NCBI GenBank assembly: GCA_942492995.1
Contig: OW818653.1
Coordinates: forward strand, 1,590,001-1,622,000
Source: an uncultured Erysipelotrichaceae bacterium
GTDB taxonomy: Bacteria; Bacillota_I; Bacilli_A; Erysipelotrichales; Erysipelotrichaceae
Direction: 5' to 3'
Length of the DNA stretch: 32,000 nucleotides
Part shown: positions 1-8,592 of the stretch, in pieces
Numbering within the stretch: the stretch's first letter is position 1
Layout of the letters: the number at the start of each line of letters is the position of its first letter
The notes under the pieces: model-generated
Seen by the model: only the letters and a program-made list of their open reading frames with translations
The model's database searches: none
Told to the model about the DNA's origin: nothing
Translations under genes and position numbers: made by a program

Positions 1-1
1 T

Positions 2-901
2 CGCTACATAAATTTACCGTTTATTGCGCCAGTTAATGGTACACGTGCTTGGATTACGTTACCTGGATTAGGAACGCTTCAACCAAGTGAATTTATGAAG
101 GCAGTGTTGATTATCAAAGCTTCAATCGTTATCTCTGAACATATTGATCAAAATCGTGTCTCAAATTATGAGAGCGATATCGTATTGTTTTATAAAATAC
201 TTAAGTTTGCGGTATTACCGTTACTCTTGATTATTGTTCAACCGGATACAGGTATTCCAATTATCATCATTGTTGGGTTAATCGCAATGTTATTGGTTAG
301 TGGAATTCAACGCTTTTGGATCTACTTAGGTGTTGGTGTTATTGGCACTGTTGTTATTGGATTCTTTATCTTATTCTTCTTTGCGCAAGATTTACTTGTA
401 TCAATCTTAGGAAGTTCCTATCGATTAACACGTTTCTATGGTTGGTTACAGACTGAACAGTACATAAGTTCTGCAGGGCTACAACTTTATCAATCGTTGT
501 TAGCTGTTGGGTCAGCTGGTTGGTTTGGACATGGCTTAGGATCTCAAGTTATTACTTTGATCGAACCTCAGAATGACTTTATTTTTGCGGTTATTGGTCA
601 AAACTTTGGATTTATTGGCGCATCAATTGTCTTATTCTTACATCTTGCGTTAGATCTTACAATTGTACGAATTATTTCTAATAATGAATATTATCGTGAA
701 AAGATCATGGCGATTGGATTATTGGGAATGTTGCTATTTCAACAGATACAAAATATGGGAATGATTATCGGTTTGTTTCCAATTACCGGTATTACACTCC
801 CATTTATCTCTGCTGGTGGTTCTTCTTTAATTTCATTCGTTCCTGCAATTGCGATTCTCTTTCATATGAGTCATCTCAATCGTAGTAAAATGATTCACTA
901 A
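2..901 (+). CDS. SEDS-family peptidoglycan glycosyltransferase (FtsW/RodA type), 5'-truncated by window edge
   Basis: The frame is open from nt 2 (RYINLPFIAPVNGTRAWITLPGLGTLQPSEF precedes the tracked Met at 95). Multi-TM protein with SEDS hallmarks PDTGIPII, EPQNDFIFAVIGQNFGFIG and PITGITLPFISAGGSS. Confidence 0.85.
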   Translation, partial: RYINLPFIAPVNGTRAWITLPGLGTLQPSEFMKAVLIIKASIVISEHIDQNRVSNYESDIVLFYKILKFAVLPLLLIIVQPDTGIPIIIIVGLIAMLLVSGIQRFWIYLGVGVIGTVVIGFFILFFFAQDLLVSILGSSYRLTRFYGWLQTEQYISSAGLQLYQSLLAVGSAGWFGHGLGSQVITLIEPQNDFIFAVIGQNFGFIGASIVLFLHLALDLTIVRIISNNEYYREKIMAIGLLGMLLFQQIQNMGMIIGLFPITGITLPFISAGGSSLISFVPAIAILFHMSHLNRSKMIH

Positions 902-1680
902 AATAAACTCTTAAGTCTCTTTAAATAACTCGTATTCGGCCGTCCTACTATATGGACGGTTTTGTCATTATAGCCAGTTTGAATAACACTGTCTTTTTTT
1001 AGTTTTGTCGATAGATGATCGAAACAAAGTATTGCCTCACAGAAATCATCACTTTCTAAGCGAATCTCCGCATCGGATTGCACGATTAATGGTGATCCAA
1101 GTGAACGATAAGCATGGTGATGTATGCCTGTTATTTCTGTTAATTGTAAGAAATCGAGTCCCTCATGAAGAATCGCTCCACCAAGTGATCGATTATATGC
1201 CGTCGATCCAGCTTGTGTTGAAATACATAGTCCTGTTCCTCTGAATGTTTCCATGAATTCATTATTGATATGGACACGAATTAATTGTGTACGAATTACA
1301 TTTTCTACACGCATTTCATTGATTGCGTAATAATGTTCTTTTGATGTGTTTGATTTAACACAAATATCTAATACTGGTAAATGTTTATAGACTAATTTAT
1401 TAGAAACTAAGTCTTGGATAAACGCATCACTTTCATGACCATCATAACTACTAAAGAAACCAAGTGTTCCTGTATGAATTCCAACAAACTGTATTGTTTC
1501 TAATTGTTCAATGTATTGGTGAATCGCGCGTAAAAATGTACCATCCCCTCCAATTGATATTACGAGTTCTGGTTGACTTGCATCATAACTATAATTAAGA
1601 TCGGTTAATCGTTGACTTAAATCACTTTTAAGGTGTAAAGAATCATTATCTTCTTTTGATATTATCACAAACCGCTTCAT
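898..1680 (-). CDS. nadK: NAD(+) kinase
   Basis: 260 aa. Carries the GGDGTFL motif (ISIGGDGTFLRA), NEMRVE and CISTQAGSTAYNRSLGG. An AAGGAAG RBS lies about 7 nt before the ATG. Confidence 0.9.
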   Translation of the reverse strand: MKRFVIISKEDNDSLHLKSDLSQRLTDLNYSYDASQPELVISIGGDGTFLRAIHQYIEQLETIQFVGIHTGTLGFFSSYDGHESDAFIQDLVSNKLVYKHLPVLDICVKSNTSKEHYYAINEMRVENVIRTQLIRVHINNEFMETFRGTGLCISTQAGSTAYNRSLGGAILHEGLDFLQLTEITGIHHHAYRSLGSPLIVQSDAEIRLESDDFCEAILCFDHLSTKLKKDSVIQTGYNDKTVHIVGRPNTSYLKRLKSLF

Positions 1681-1723
1681 CGCTTTACTTCCTTTTCTAT
1701 TAAGCCTATTGTATCATAGGCAT

Positions 1724-2272
1724 ATGAATACGAACCTTGAAATAGAATACAAAACACTTATAACTAAACAAGAATTTGATCAATTGCTTGTCCATTTTAA
1801 TCAGTTTAAATTGATCAATCAAACGAATTACTATTATCAATCGACAAATAGTCTAAATAAAAAAGTTGCGGCACGTATTCGCCAAATCAATTCAACATTT
1901 GAATTAACATTCAAGATTAAACAAGATAAGGGTAAATTAGAAGTCAATTTCAATGTACCCTCTAATTCGATTGAACATTTCTATCGAAGTGATGTCCAAG
2001 AATTCTTAAAATCTCATGGGTATAATCGACAATGGGTATTTATTGGCGAATTACATACATCACGTCATTTAATTGTGGAAGAATATGGAGAACTTTGTAT
2101 CGACCATAATGTATACATGGATGTGGAAGACTATGAACTTGAGTATGAAGTTAAGAATGATTATGAAGAATTAGCGTATTCACGTTTTATTCAGATATTA
2201 AATCAATTCTCGATTAAAAATATAAAAGCGAAGGCTAAGTTCCATCGCTTTATCTTAAATAAATTTAAATAA
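1724..2272 (+). CDS. CYTH-domain protein (triphosphate tunnel metalloenzyme family)
   Basis: N-terminal EIEYK (ExExK) signature and about 183 aa, a typical CYTH size. The ATG at 1724 is preferred over the tracked TTG at 1709. No clear SD. Confidence 0.65.
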   Translation: MNTNLEIEYKTLITKQEFDQLLVHFNQFKLINQTNYYYQSTNSLNKKVAARIRQINSTFELTFKIKQDKGKLEVNFNVPSNSIEHFYRSDVQEFLKSHGYNRQWVFIGELHTSRHLIVEEYGELCIDHNVYMDVEDYELEYEVKNDYEELAYSRFIQILNQFSIKNIKAKAKFHRFILNKFK

Positions 2273-3218
2273 TATCTAAATTAATGTATCGATAACTTAA
2301 ACCACTTGATACAAACATTTGTTTAACTTCATCCGACACTTCATGTTCAATAAGAACGGTATATTGAAGTGTTTTTTGATTGAAATTAGGAATATCATGT
2401 GCCATGTGTTTGATTAACGTAAACTTACCTAGTTCATAGACTAATCGTTCCATCAAACTATGTTTACTCGTCGATACACTGCTTATAATTTCTAATCCTT
2501 TTTCATTGAATCGTACAAGCTCTTGTTTACGCTCATCAATCCATTGTAAGTTTTCTTCTTTTTTACTAAATTCAAAGAGATATTTCGATTGTTTCTTCGT
2601 TTCTTTTTCAGTACTTATATTTGGGATATTACTTAAGCGATATTGAATAATATGTCTTGCTAGATCATCATCAAATACAGACGATGATGGTGCATATGGA
2701 CTGACTGCACTTGACCATGCGTCAACACCCATTTCATTCGCTTTGAGTAGTATTTTAACAGTCATTTCTGGATTATCTTTGTCTAGATAGATAAAACTTT
2801 CTAGATTATTCGAAATACGCATCCCAAGTTCACTTAAATAAACTGGAGCTTGAAAGAATACAATTTCATTTAAGATTAGACTACTCAAACTTGTTGGAAG
2901 TGTTTTATCTTTAGATACTCTTAATATCGCATCTTTGAAATCTTCTGTTGTTTCATATCCATTCTTACTTCTATATTGATTCCACATTTGTCTAAACGAG
3001 TGTTGAACACTATGTTGAAAACGTCCATAGCCGATAATCCCTTTTTCACCTGTTGATTTTAGTTCTGTTCCTTTTGCGAGGAAAAACAATAAATCACCAT
3101 GATTAAAATCTGTAAATCGTTTACCCGCTGATGGTCGCCAAAAGCTGATTGTTGAGTTACCATTCAATCGATGAAATTCAATCATGTTTTTATCTGTTAT
3201 ATACGCAATTGATGACAT
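2265..3218 (-). CDS. hypothetical protein: PUA/EVE-like N-terminal module plus unrecognised C-terminal domain
   Basis: 317-aa ORF with an AGAGGAA RBS 3 nt before the ATG. The N-terminal motif string is ISFWRPS..F..GDLLFFLAK..IIGYGRF..MW..NG. The C-terminal ~130 aa has no motif I recognise. Confidence 0.6.
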   Translation of the reverse strand: MSSIAYITDKNMIEFHRLNGNSTISFWRPSAGKRFTDFNHGDLLFFLAKGTELKSTGEKGIIGYGRFQHSVQHSFRQMWNQYRSKNGYETTEDFKDAILRVSKDKTLPTSLSSLILNEIVFFQAPVYLSELGMRISNNLESFIYLDKDNPEMTVKILLKANEMGVDAWSSAVSPYAPSSSVFDDDLARHIIQYRLSNIPNISTEKETKKQSKYLFEFSKKEENLQWIDERKQELVRFNEKGLEIISSVSTSKHSLMERLVYELGKFTLIKHMAHDIPNFNQKTLQYTVLIEHEVSDEVKQMFVSSGLSYRYINLDII

Positions 3219-3248
3219 AGTTCCTCTGTATTATAACTCAAATAGTGT

Positions 3249-4910
3249 TTAAAATAAGCCTACTATTTCATTTTGATTAATATCAATATGATACGCGGCT
3301 GGATCTTTAGATAATCCAGGCATTGTCATAATTGAACCTGCTATTACAACGATAAAGTCTGCACCACTTGAGATGTTTAACGCCTTAACCGTTAATGTAA
3401 ATCCTTTTGGATTCCCTAATAATTTTGGATCATCGCTTAAAGATGATTGTGTTTTTGCGATACAAACATTAAGTTTATCTAGTTTAAGTGAAACGATTTG
3501 TTCATATTGTTTAAGCGCGTCTTCTGTAAAGATTACTTCTTTTGCGCCATAGATTTGCGTTGCGATTGTTTCAATCTTGTCTTTTACTGATAGATTTATA
3601 TCATACAAAGGATGATATAGATTATCTCCTTCCACAATCTCTACTACTTTCTTCGCAAGTATGCTTGCGCCAACTCCGCCCTTTTCCCATGATTCATTAA
3701 TCTCAAATGCGACATTTTCTGATTCACAGAATGTCTTAACACATTCGATTTCTGCATGTGTATCACTCACAAATCGATTAAGTGCCACTACAAGTGGAAC
3801 TCCATAGGTTTTAATAATTTGGATATGTTGTTTTAGATTAACCAGTCCTGATTGAACCGCATCTACGTTTTCTTCTTTTAACATTTCATATGGGATATTT
3901 CCATGCATCTTAAGTGCACGAACCGTTGCGACTAACACAACAGCACTAGGTTTAAATTCACCCGCACGACATGTAATATCCATGAACTTTTGAGCACCCA
4001 AATCAGACCCAAAACCTGCTTCAGTAACGACATAATCCGCTGATTTTAACGCAAATCGTGTCGCGATAATTGAATTACTTCCATGGGCTATGTTTGCGAA
4101 TGGTCCTCCATGTATAAATACAGGATTTCCTTCTAATGTTTGAACTAAGTTTGGCTTAATCGCATCTTTCATCAAGACCGCGACCGAACCGGTAACACCT
4201 AAATCTTTGATTGTGACTGGATTTCCATCAAATGTGTAAGCCACAATTGTACGATCAACACGTTGTTTAAAGTCTTCTAAATCTTTTGATAGACATAACA
4301 TCGCCATCATTGGAGATGCGACCGTAATTACGAAACTATCATTTCGTACAATCGCCTTTTTATCCTTGAGTGAAACTTGTATGTGTCGTAAAGCACGATC
4401 GTTCATATCCATACAACGTTTCCAACTAATTTGTTCAGGATTTATGTTTAATTCATTCCCTTGATATAAATGATTATCGATAATTGCACTAACTAAGTTA
4501 TTAGCGGCAGTAATCGCATGCATATCCCCAGTAAAATGGAGATTAATATCTTCCATTGGGATTACTTGTGCGAATCCACCACCCGTCGCTCCACCTTTAA
4601 CCCCAAATACTGGACCTAATGATGGTTCACGTAAACAACCCATTACTTTTTTATTAATTGTCGCAAGTCCATCAACCAACCCAACTGTTGTGGTTGATTT
4701 ACCTTCTCCAGCTTTTGTCGGAGTTAGAGCTGTCACAAGAATTAATTTGCCATTTGGTCTGTGTTTAATCTCATCAAAGTAGCTTAAATCAATTTTCGCT
4801 TTGTATTTACCGTAATTTTCTAGATAATCTGTTGATAAATTAAGCTTTTGAGCGATAACTTCAATTGGTTGAGGTTTAGTATTCTGTGCAATTTCAATAT
4901 CTGTTTTCAT
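3249..4910 (-). CDS. fhs: formate--tetrahydrofolate ligase
   Basis: 553 aa from ATG 4910 (MKTDIEIAQ...). Carries the nucleotide-binding PTKAGEGKSTTTVGL motif and has typical length. The tracked TTG start at 4934 lies inside recR and is unlikely. Confidence 0.93.
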   Translation of the reverse strand: MKTDIEIAQNTKPQPIEVIAQKLNLSTDYLENYGKYKAKIDLSYFDEIKHRPNGKLILVTALTPTKAGEGKSTTTVGLVDGLATINKKVMGCLREPSLGPVFGVKGGATGGGFAQVIPMEDINLHFTGDMHAITAANNLVSAIIDNHLYQGNELNINPEQISWKRCMDMNDRALRHIQVSLKDKKAIVRNDSFVITVASPMMAMLCLSKDLEDFKQRVDRTIVAYTFDGNPVTIKDLGVTGSVAVLMKDAIKPNLVQTLEGNPVFIHGGPFANIAHGSNSIIATRFALKSADYVVTEAGFGSDLGAQKFMDITCRAGEFKPSAVVLVATVRALKMHGNIPYEMLKEENVDAVQSGLVNLKQHIQIIKTYGVPLVVALNRFVSDTHAEIECVKTFCESENVAFEINESWEKGGVGASILAKKVVEIVEGDNLYHPLYDINLSVKDKIETIATQIYGAKEVIFTEDALKQYEQIVSLKLDKLNVCIAKTQSSLSDDPKLLGNPKGFTLTVKALNISSGADFIVVIAGSIMTMPGLSKDPAAYHIDINQNEIVGLF

Positions 4911-4911
4911 G

Positions 4912-5502
4912 TTAGATTTTGTGCCTTCCTTCAATGGCTTTGATTAATGTAAGTTCATCCGCATAATCCATATGTGCACCCATTGGTAATCCATGAGCTA
5001 GACGTGTAATTTTACCTACTTTATTCTCTAATCGCTTCGCAAGATATAACGCTGTCATTTCACCTTCAACCGTTGGATTTGTGGCTAAGATAACCTCATC
5101 TACTGGTGTATTGGTTCTAAGAAGTAATGCCTCTATGGACAAATCATCTGGCATAATTCCTTTTGAAGTAGAAATTACTCCGTGTAATACATGATATACG
5201 CCATTAAACTGTTTAATTCGTTCGATGGCAACGACATCTTTAACATCTTGCACAACACAAATTGTCGCATGATCACGTTTATCATCTGAACAAATTGAAC
5301 ACTTGTCCTTATCTGTTATATTTCCACATACACTACAGAAGTGCAATTTTGATTTTGATTGTAATAACGCATTTGCCATTGTTTGAATTTCTTCATCTGT
5401 TAAATTCAAAAGAGCGAACGCATAACGTTCAGCTGTTTTAGCCCCTACTCCAGGTAATTTTCTTAAGTTTTCGATTAATGTCTGTAATACACTTGGATAC
5501 AT
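4912..5502 (-). CDS. recR: recombination protein RecR
   Basis: 196 aa. HhH LRKLPGVGAKTAERYAF, C4 zinc finger CSVCGNITDKDKCSIC and a Toprim segment ICVVQDVKDVVAIE. Confidence 0.95.
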   Translation of the reverse strand: MYPSVLQTLIENLRKLPGVGAKTAERYAFALLNLTDEEIQTMANALLQSKSKLHFCSVCGNITDKDKCSICSDDKRDHATICVVQDVKDVVAIERIKQFNGVYHVLHGVISTSKGIMPDDLSIEALLLRTNTPVDEVILATNPTVEGEMTALYLAKRLENKVGKITRLAHGLPMGAHMDYADELTLIKAIEGRHKI

Positions 5503-7314
5503 CTAAATAATCTCCACGTTTTCTTCCCCAAACAATTCAAATAGACCCTTTTCTATATTTTCAGTCTGTTTAACTACTTTTTTCTTCTTCTTTTCGAACA
5601 CCATTGGTTCAGGAAGATTGTTTTCTAACAATAAACGTTTAAATTCTGATGTAATTTCCCCAACTTCTTGGACTTCAACCGCAAATGCACGCATTGATAT
5701 ACCAAATACAAGTTCAGTAAATGATTCTAATAGCTCTTGATTATCTTCACTATTTAATTCATTTACATACATTTTATCGTTATGACTCAACACCATAAAT
5801 CCATCATTTAATGCGACAGGGCTAGCATTGACAAGAATTTGCGCAACTCTACCGAATTTCAAGTCTGTTAGATAGGTTTGAATTTTATCCCATTTAGACA
5901 CAACATCGAGTCGTTTTGTCTTATCTCCAGACGCTAATAATTGAAGAATTGTTTGACGATCCAAAGTCTCAGTTTTTAATAAAGATTTTTGTTTTTTCTT
6001 AGGTTTTGCCTTTAAATCTTCCACATCAATCGATTCAAACATAAGTTCATCATTTGATGGTTCGTTAATATCTACTTCCATAACTGGCTCTTGTGGAATA
6101 GATTCTTCATTAATTACTGCAGTTTCTAAAATTGGAGTTTTTATCTCAACAATTTCAACTTTTTCAATCTTCTCAACCACTTTATCAACTTTTGTTTCAC
6201 TTAAACTCTTCTGAGGTTTAATGTTTTGTGTTTTTGGTTCACCAATACGACTTAGAAGTTTTAATAGTCCAATCTCAAAATAGGACAATAAATTAGATGC
6301 ACTACGATATTTCTCACTCGTTTCCATTAAGTCTTCAATCATACTTAATGCGACATCATTTGGAATAACACCAAGTTGTTTAGCTTCTTCCACATTCAGT
6401 TTAGTGATCAATTTCTCATCTTGTGTAAATGAATACACAACAGATTCTTTTAATAATTCCATCAAATCATTCGTTAAACGACGAATATCGATGTTTTTAC
6501 GCGTTATAATCTCGATTTCTTGCATAAGTAATGCGACATCAACGGTAATAATCGCATGTAATAGTTTTAACTTATCTTGAGTTGTCGCAATTCCGTAAAT
6601 ATCATTCACATGTTCCGCAAGTAGATTATTTCCACTATACGCGATACATTGTTCAAGAATACTCAACGCATCACGAACACCACCATCGGCTAATTGACTA
6701 ATTAAACGTATTGCCTCAAGTTCATACTCGATTTTTTCAGCTTTTAGTACTTCTTCTATACGCATCTGGATATCTTTTCGATTTACTCGTACAAAATCAT
6801 ATCTCTGACAACGTGAAATAATCGTAGGTAACACTTTATGAGGTTCTGTTGTGGCTAGGATGAAAATAACATGTGAAGGAGGTTCCTCCAATGTTTTTAA
6901 TAATGCGTTAAATGCCCCTTGAGACAACATATGAACTTCATCTACAATATATACTTTATATTTTGCTTGAATTGGTGCATATTTTACCTTTTCAATTAAA
7001 TCACGAATTTCATCTACGCCATTATTACTTGCCGCATCGATTTCTATTACATCTGGATGTGTTCCATTTTGTATGGTACGACAATGTTCGCATTCATTAC
7101 ACGGAGCTTTCTCAGGATTTAAACAGTTAACAGATTTTGCGACTAATTTCGCAACTGTAGTTTTACCTGTACCTCTTGGACCACAAAAAAGATACGCATG
7201 TGACATCTTATTTGTCTTTAGTGCATTTTGTAAAGTTTGAATAATATGCTTCTGTCCAACGACTGTTTCAAAAGAGTGCGGACGATACGTACGGTATAAA
7301 GATTTATAGGTCAT
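5503..7314 (-). CDS. dnaX: DNA polymerase III subunit gamma/tau
   Basis: 603 aa. Walker A GPRGTGKTT, zinc module CNECEHC, Walker B IVDEVHML and SRC motif IISRCQRY. Confidence 0.95.
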   Translation of the reverse strand: MTYKSLYRTYRPHSFETVVGQKHIIQTLQNALKTNKMSHAYLFCGPRGTGKTTVAKLVAKSVNCLNPEKAPCNECEHCRTIQNGTHPDVIEIDAASNNGVDEIRDLIEKVKYAPIQAKYKVYIVDEVHMLSQGAFNALLKTLEEPPSHVIFILATTEPHKVLPTIISRCQRYDFVRVNRKDIQMRIEEVLKAEKIEYELEAIRLISQLADGGVRDALSILEQCIAYSGNNLLAEHVNDIYGIATTQDKLKLLHAIITVDVALLMQEIEIITRKNIDIRRLTNDLMELLKESVVYSFTQDEKLITKLNVEEAKQLGVIPNDVALSMIEDLMETSEKYRSASNLLSYFEIGLLKLLSRIGEPKTQNIKPQKSLSETKVDKVVEKIEKVEIVEIKTPILETAVINEESIPQEPVMEVDINEPSNDELMFESIDVEDLKAKPKKKQKSLLKTETLDRQTILQLLASGDKTKRLDVVSKWDKIQTYLTDLKFGRVAQILVNASPVALNDGFMVLSHNDKMYVNELNSEDNQELLESFTELVFGISMRAFAVEVQEVGEITSEFKRLLLENNLPEPMVFEKKKKKVVKQTENIEKGLFELFGEENVEII

Positions 7315-7340
7315 AGTTTTTCTCTTAGTTATTATTATAA

Positions 7341-7368
7341 CAAAAAGAGGGTCTAACTTATACCCTCC
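7341..7368 (-). terminator. rho-independent terminator closing the polysaccharide operon
   Basis: On the minus strand, GAGGGT-ATAAGTTAG-ACCCTC is followed by TTTTT. It is immediately followed by TGTTATAAT (an extended -10) ahead of dnaX. Confidence 0.7.
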
Positions 7369-7381
7369 TTATGTCTTTACC

Positions 7382-8575
7382 TTATTTATTCATATTAAAT
7401 TCGAAGAATTCTTCGGTAAGATTTGGCGGATAGATCGACACTAATACCAAATCAAATTTTTCTTCATGTGCATATTGCGCAATATCTTCTTTATAATATC
7501 TTGGATCAATCAAAACGATTTCTTTAACAACCGTCGATAAGAATGAAGCCATTGGGACAGACATTGAGTCTTTTATCATTAATACCCTTATTCCATCTGG
7601 TTTATCTTGATTTACGATGGACACAAATGCTTGATTTCCATACAAATATGCGAAGTATTTATCCGCATTCATAATACTATCGTAGTCTTTTAAATTAAAT
7701 GCGTAACCATTTAACAAAGCATCTTCAAATCTACCCGTAGTTTCTATGTTTACTCCAGGGCTTATCGCTGTATAGGTATAATTTGTCTTATATTTCGGAT
7801 AAATAAGTGTGAAATCATCAACTCCGCCATACAATACACCTGTTTTTCGTCCCATTGACCCAATATAACTTTCAGGATAGGTAATAAAATTATAATTATT
7901 TGAATCGGTATAGTACTTTTCGGGATCAAGTTGGTAACCTCTATCTTCCAAGTAACTAACGAGTTCTGCAAATGCCCAGAACCCTGATTCAACCGTCCAG
8001 TGATGGTCGGTACTAAAGAATAACTTACTCTTATCCAATTGACTTGAACTAATCTGATCGCGAAAATCAAATGTACTGATTCCACTTTCTTCAATTTTAA
8101 ATAAGAAATTATCGGCTGTTTCATTCGAATAGCTGTAGGGTAATCCTTCTGAGAATTGCGTATACCCTTCAATTACTTTATCCGGAGGCATTAGAACAAC
8201 TAAATCTGCTTTAGAAGGACCTAATTTCCAATTTAAGATATTAACGGATCGAACAATCGAATTCACATCATTCGCTTCATCCGCAAAGAAGGCATAATGG
8301 AGTTTCCCTTCAGTATCTTGAATTACTTCAAAATTATTTTCTTCTTCTTTAAATAATAATTTTTGCATAAATCCATAACTTTCAATCCACAACATTTTAA
8401 ATGGCACAGAATCATCGATAATTGCACTAATTCGGCTAAAAATAGTTGTTAGTTCACCTTGAGTTGCGGCTATAAGCGCTTCTGAGTTAGTGAATAACGA
8501 AAGAATGGAGTACGAAAACCATAGAACTCCTATTATTAGAGCTGTAACTATTTTAGTTTGATAATATTTTTTCAT
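7382..8575 (-). CDS. DHHW-family / AlgJ-AlgX-like extracytoplasmic O-acyltransferase
   Basis: 397 aa. One N-terminal TM helix (IVTALIIGVLWFSYSILSLF) and the literal DHHW motif (FFSTDHHWTVESG). It sits directly downstream of an MBOAT gene, the usual pairing. Confidence 0.8.
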   Translation of the reverse strand: MKKYYQTKIVTALIIGVLWFSYSILSLFTNSEALIAATQGELTTIFSRISAIIDDSVPFKMLWIESYGFMQKLLFKEEENNFEVIQDTEGKLHYAFFADEANDVNSIVRSVNILNWKLGPSKADLVVLMPPDKVIEGYTQFSEGLPYSYSNETADNFLFKIEESGISTFDFRDQISSSQLDKSKLFFSTDHHWTVESGFWAFAELVSYLEDRGYQLDPEKYYTDSNNYNFITYPESYIGSMGRKTGVLYGGVDDFTLIYPKYKTNYTYTAISPGVNIETTGRFEDALLNGYAFNLKDYDSIMNADKYFAYLYGNQAFVSIVNQDKPDGIRVLMIKDSMSVPMASFLSTVVKEIVLIDPRYYKEDIAQYAHEEKFDLVLVSIYPPNLTEEFFEFNMNK

Positions 8576-8592
8576 CGTGTTACGTGCGCTCC

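Noticed and set aside
1005-1244. 79-aa ORF antisense to nadK
   Set aside because: It lies entirely inside a well-supported, motif-bearing gene on the opposite strand. It has low-complexity, odd composition and no RBS.
898-2272. Convergent gene pairs with overlapping stops (SEDS/nadK 4 nt at 898-901; CYTH/317-aa ORF 8 nt at 2265-2272), considered as deliberate antisense regulation
   Set aside because: The overlaps are tiny and the whole window is tightly packed. They most simply reflect genome compaction, and no specific structure or motif is present.
5575-5597. Poly-lysine A-rich run (GAAAAGAAGAAGAAAAAAGTA) in dnaX as a possible gamma/tau frameshift site
   Set aside because: It lies only about 25 codons from the C-terminus, so a shift would not yield a gamma-like truncation. 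It also does not form an in-frame X XXY YYZ heptamer.
6912-7130. 72-aa ORF antisense to dnaX
   Set aside because: It is embedded in the conserved AAA+ region of dnaX and has no independent signals.
7762-8172. 136-aa same-strand alternative-frame ORF inside the DHHW gene
   Set aside because: The overlapping frame carries the DHHW motif and a coherent domain. The alternative frame has no motifs and no RBS, so it is a chance open frame in AT-rich DNA.
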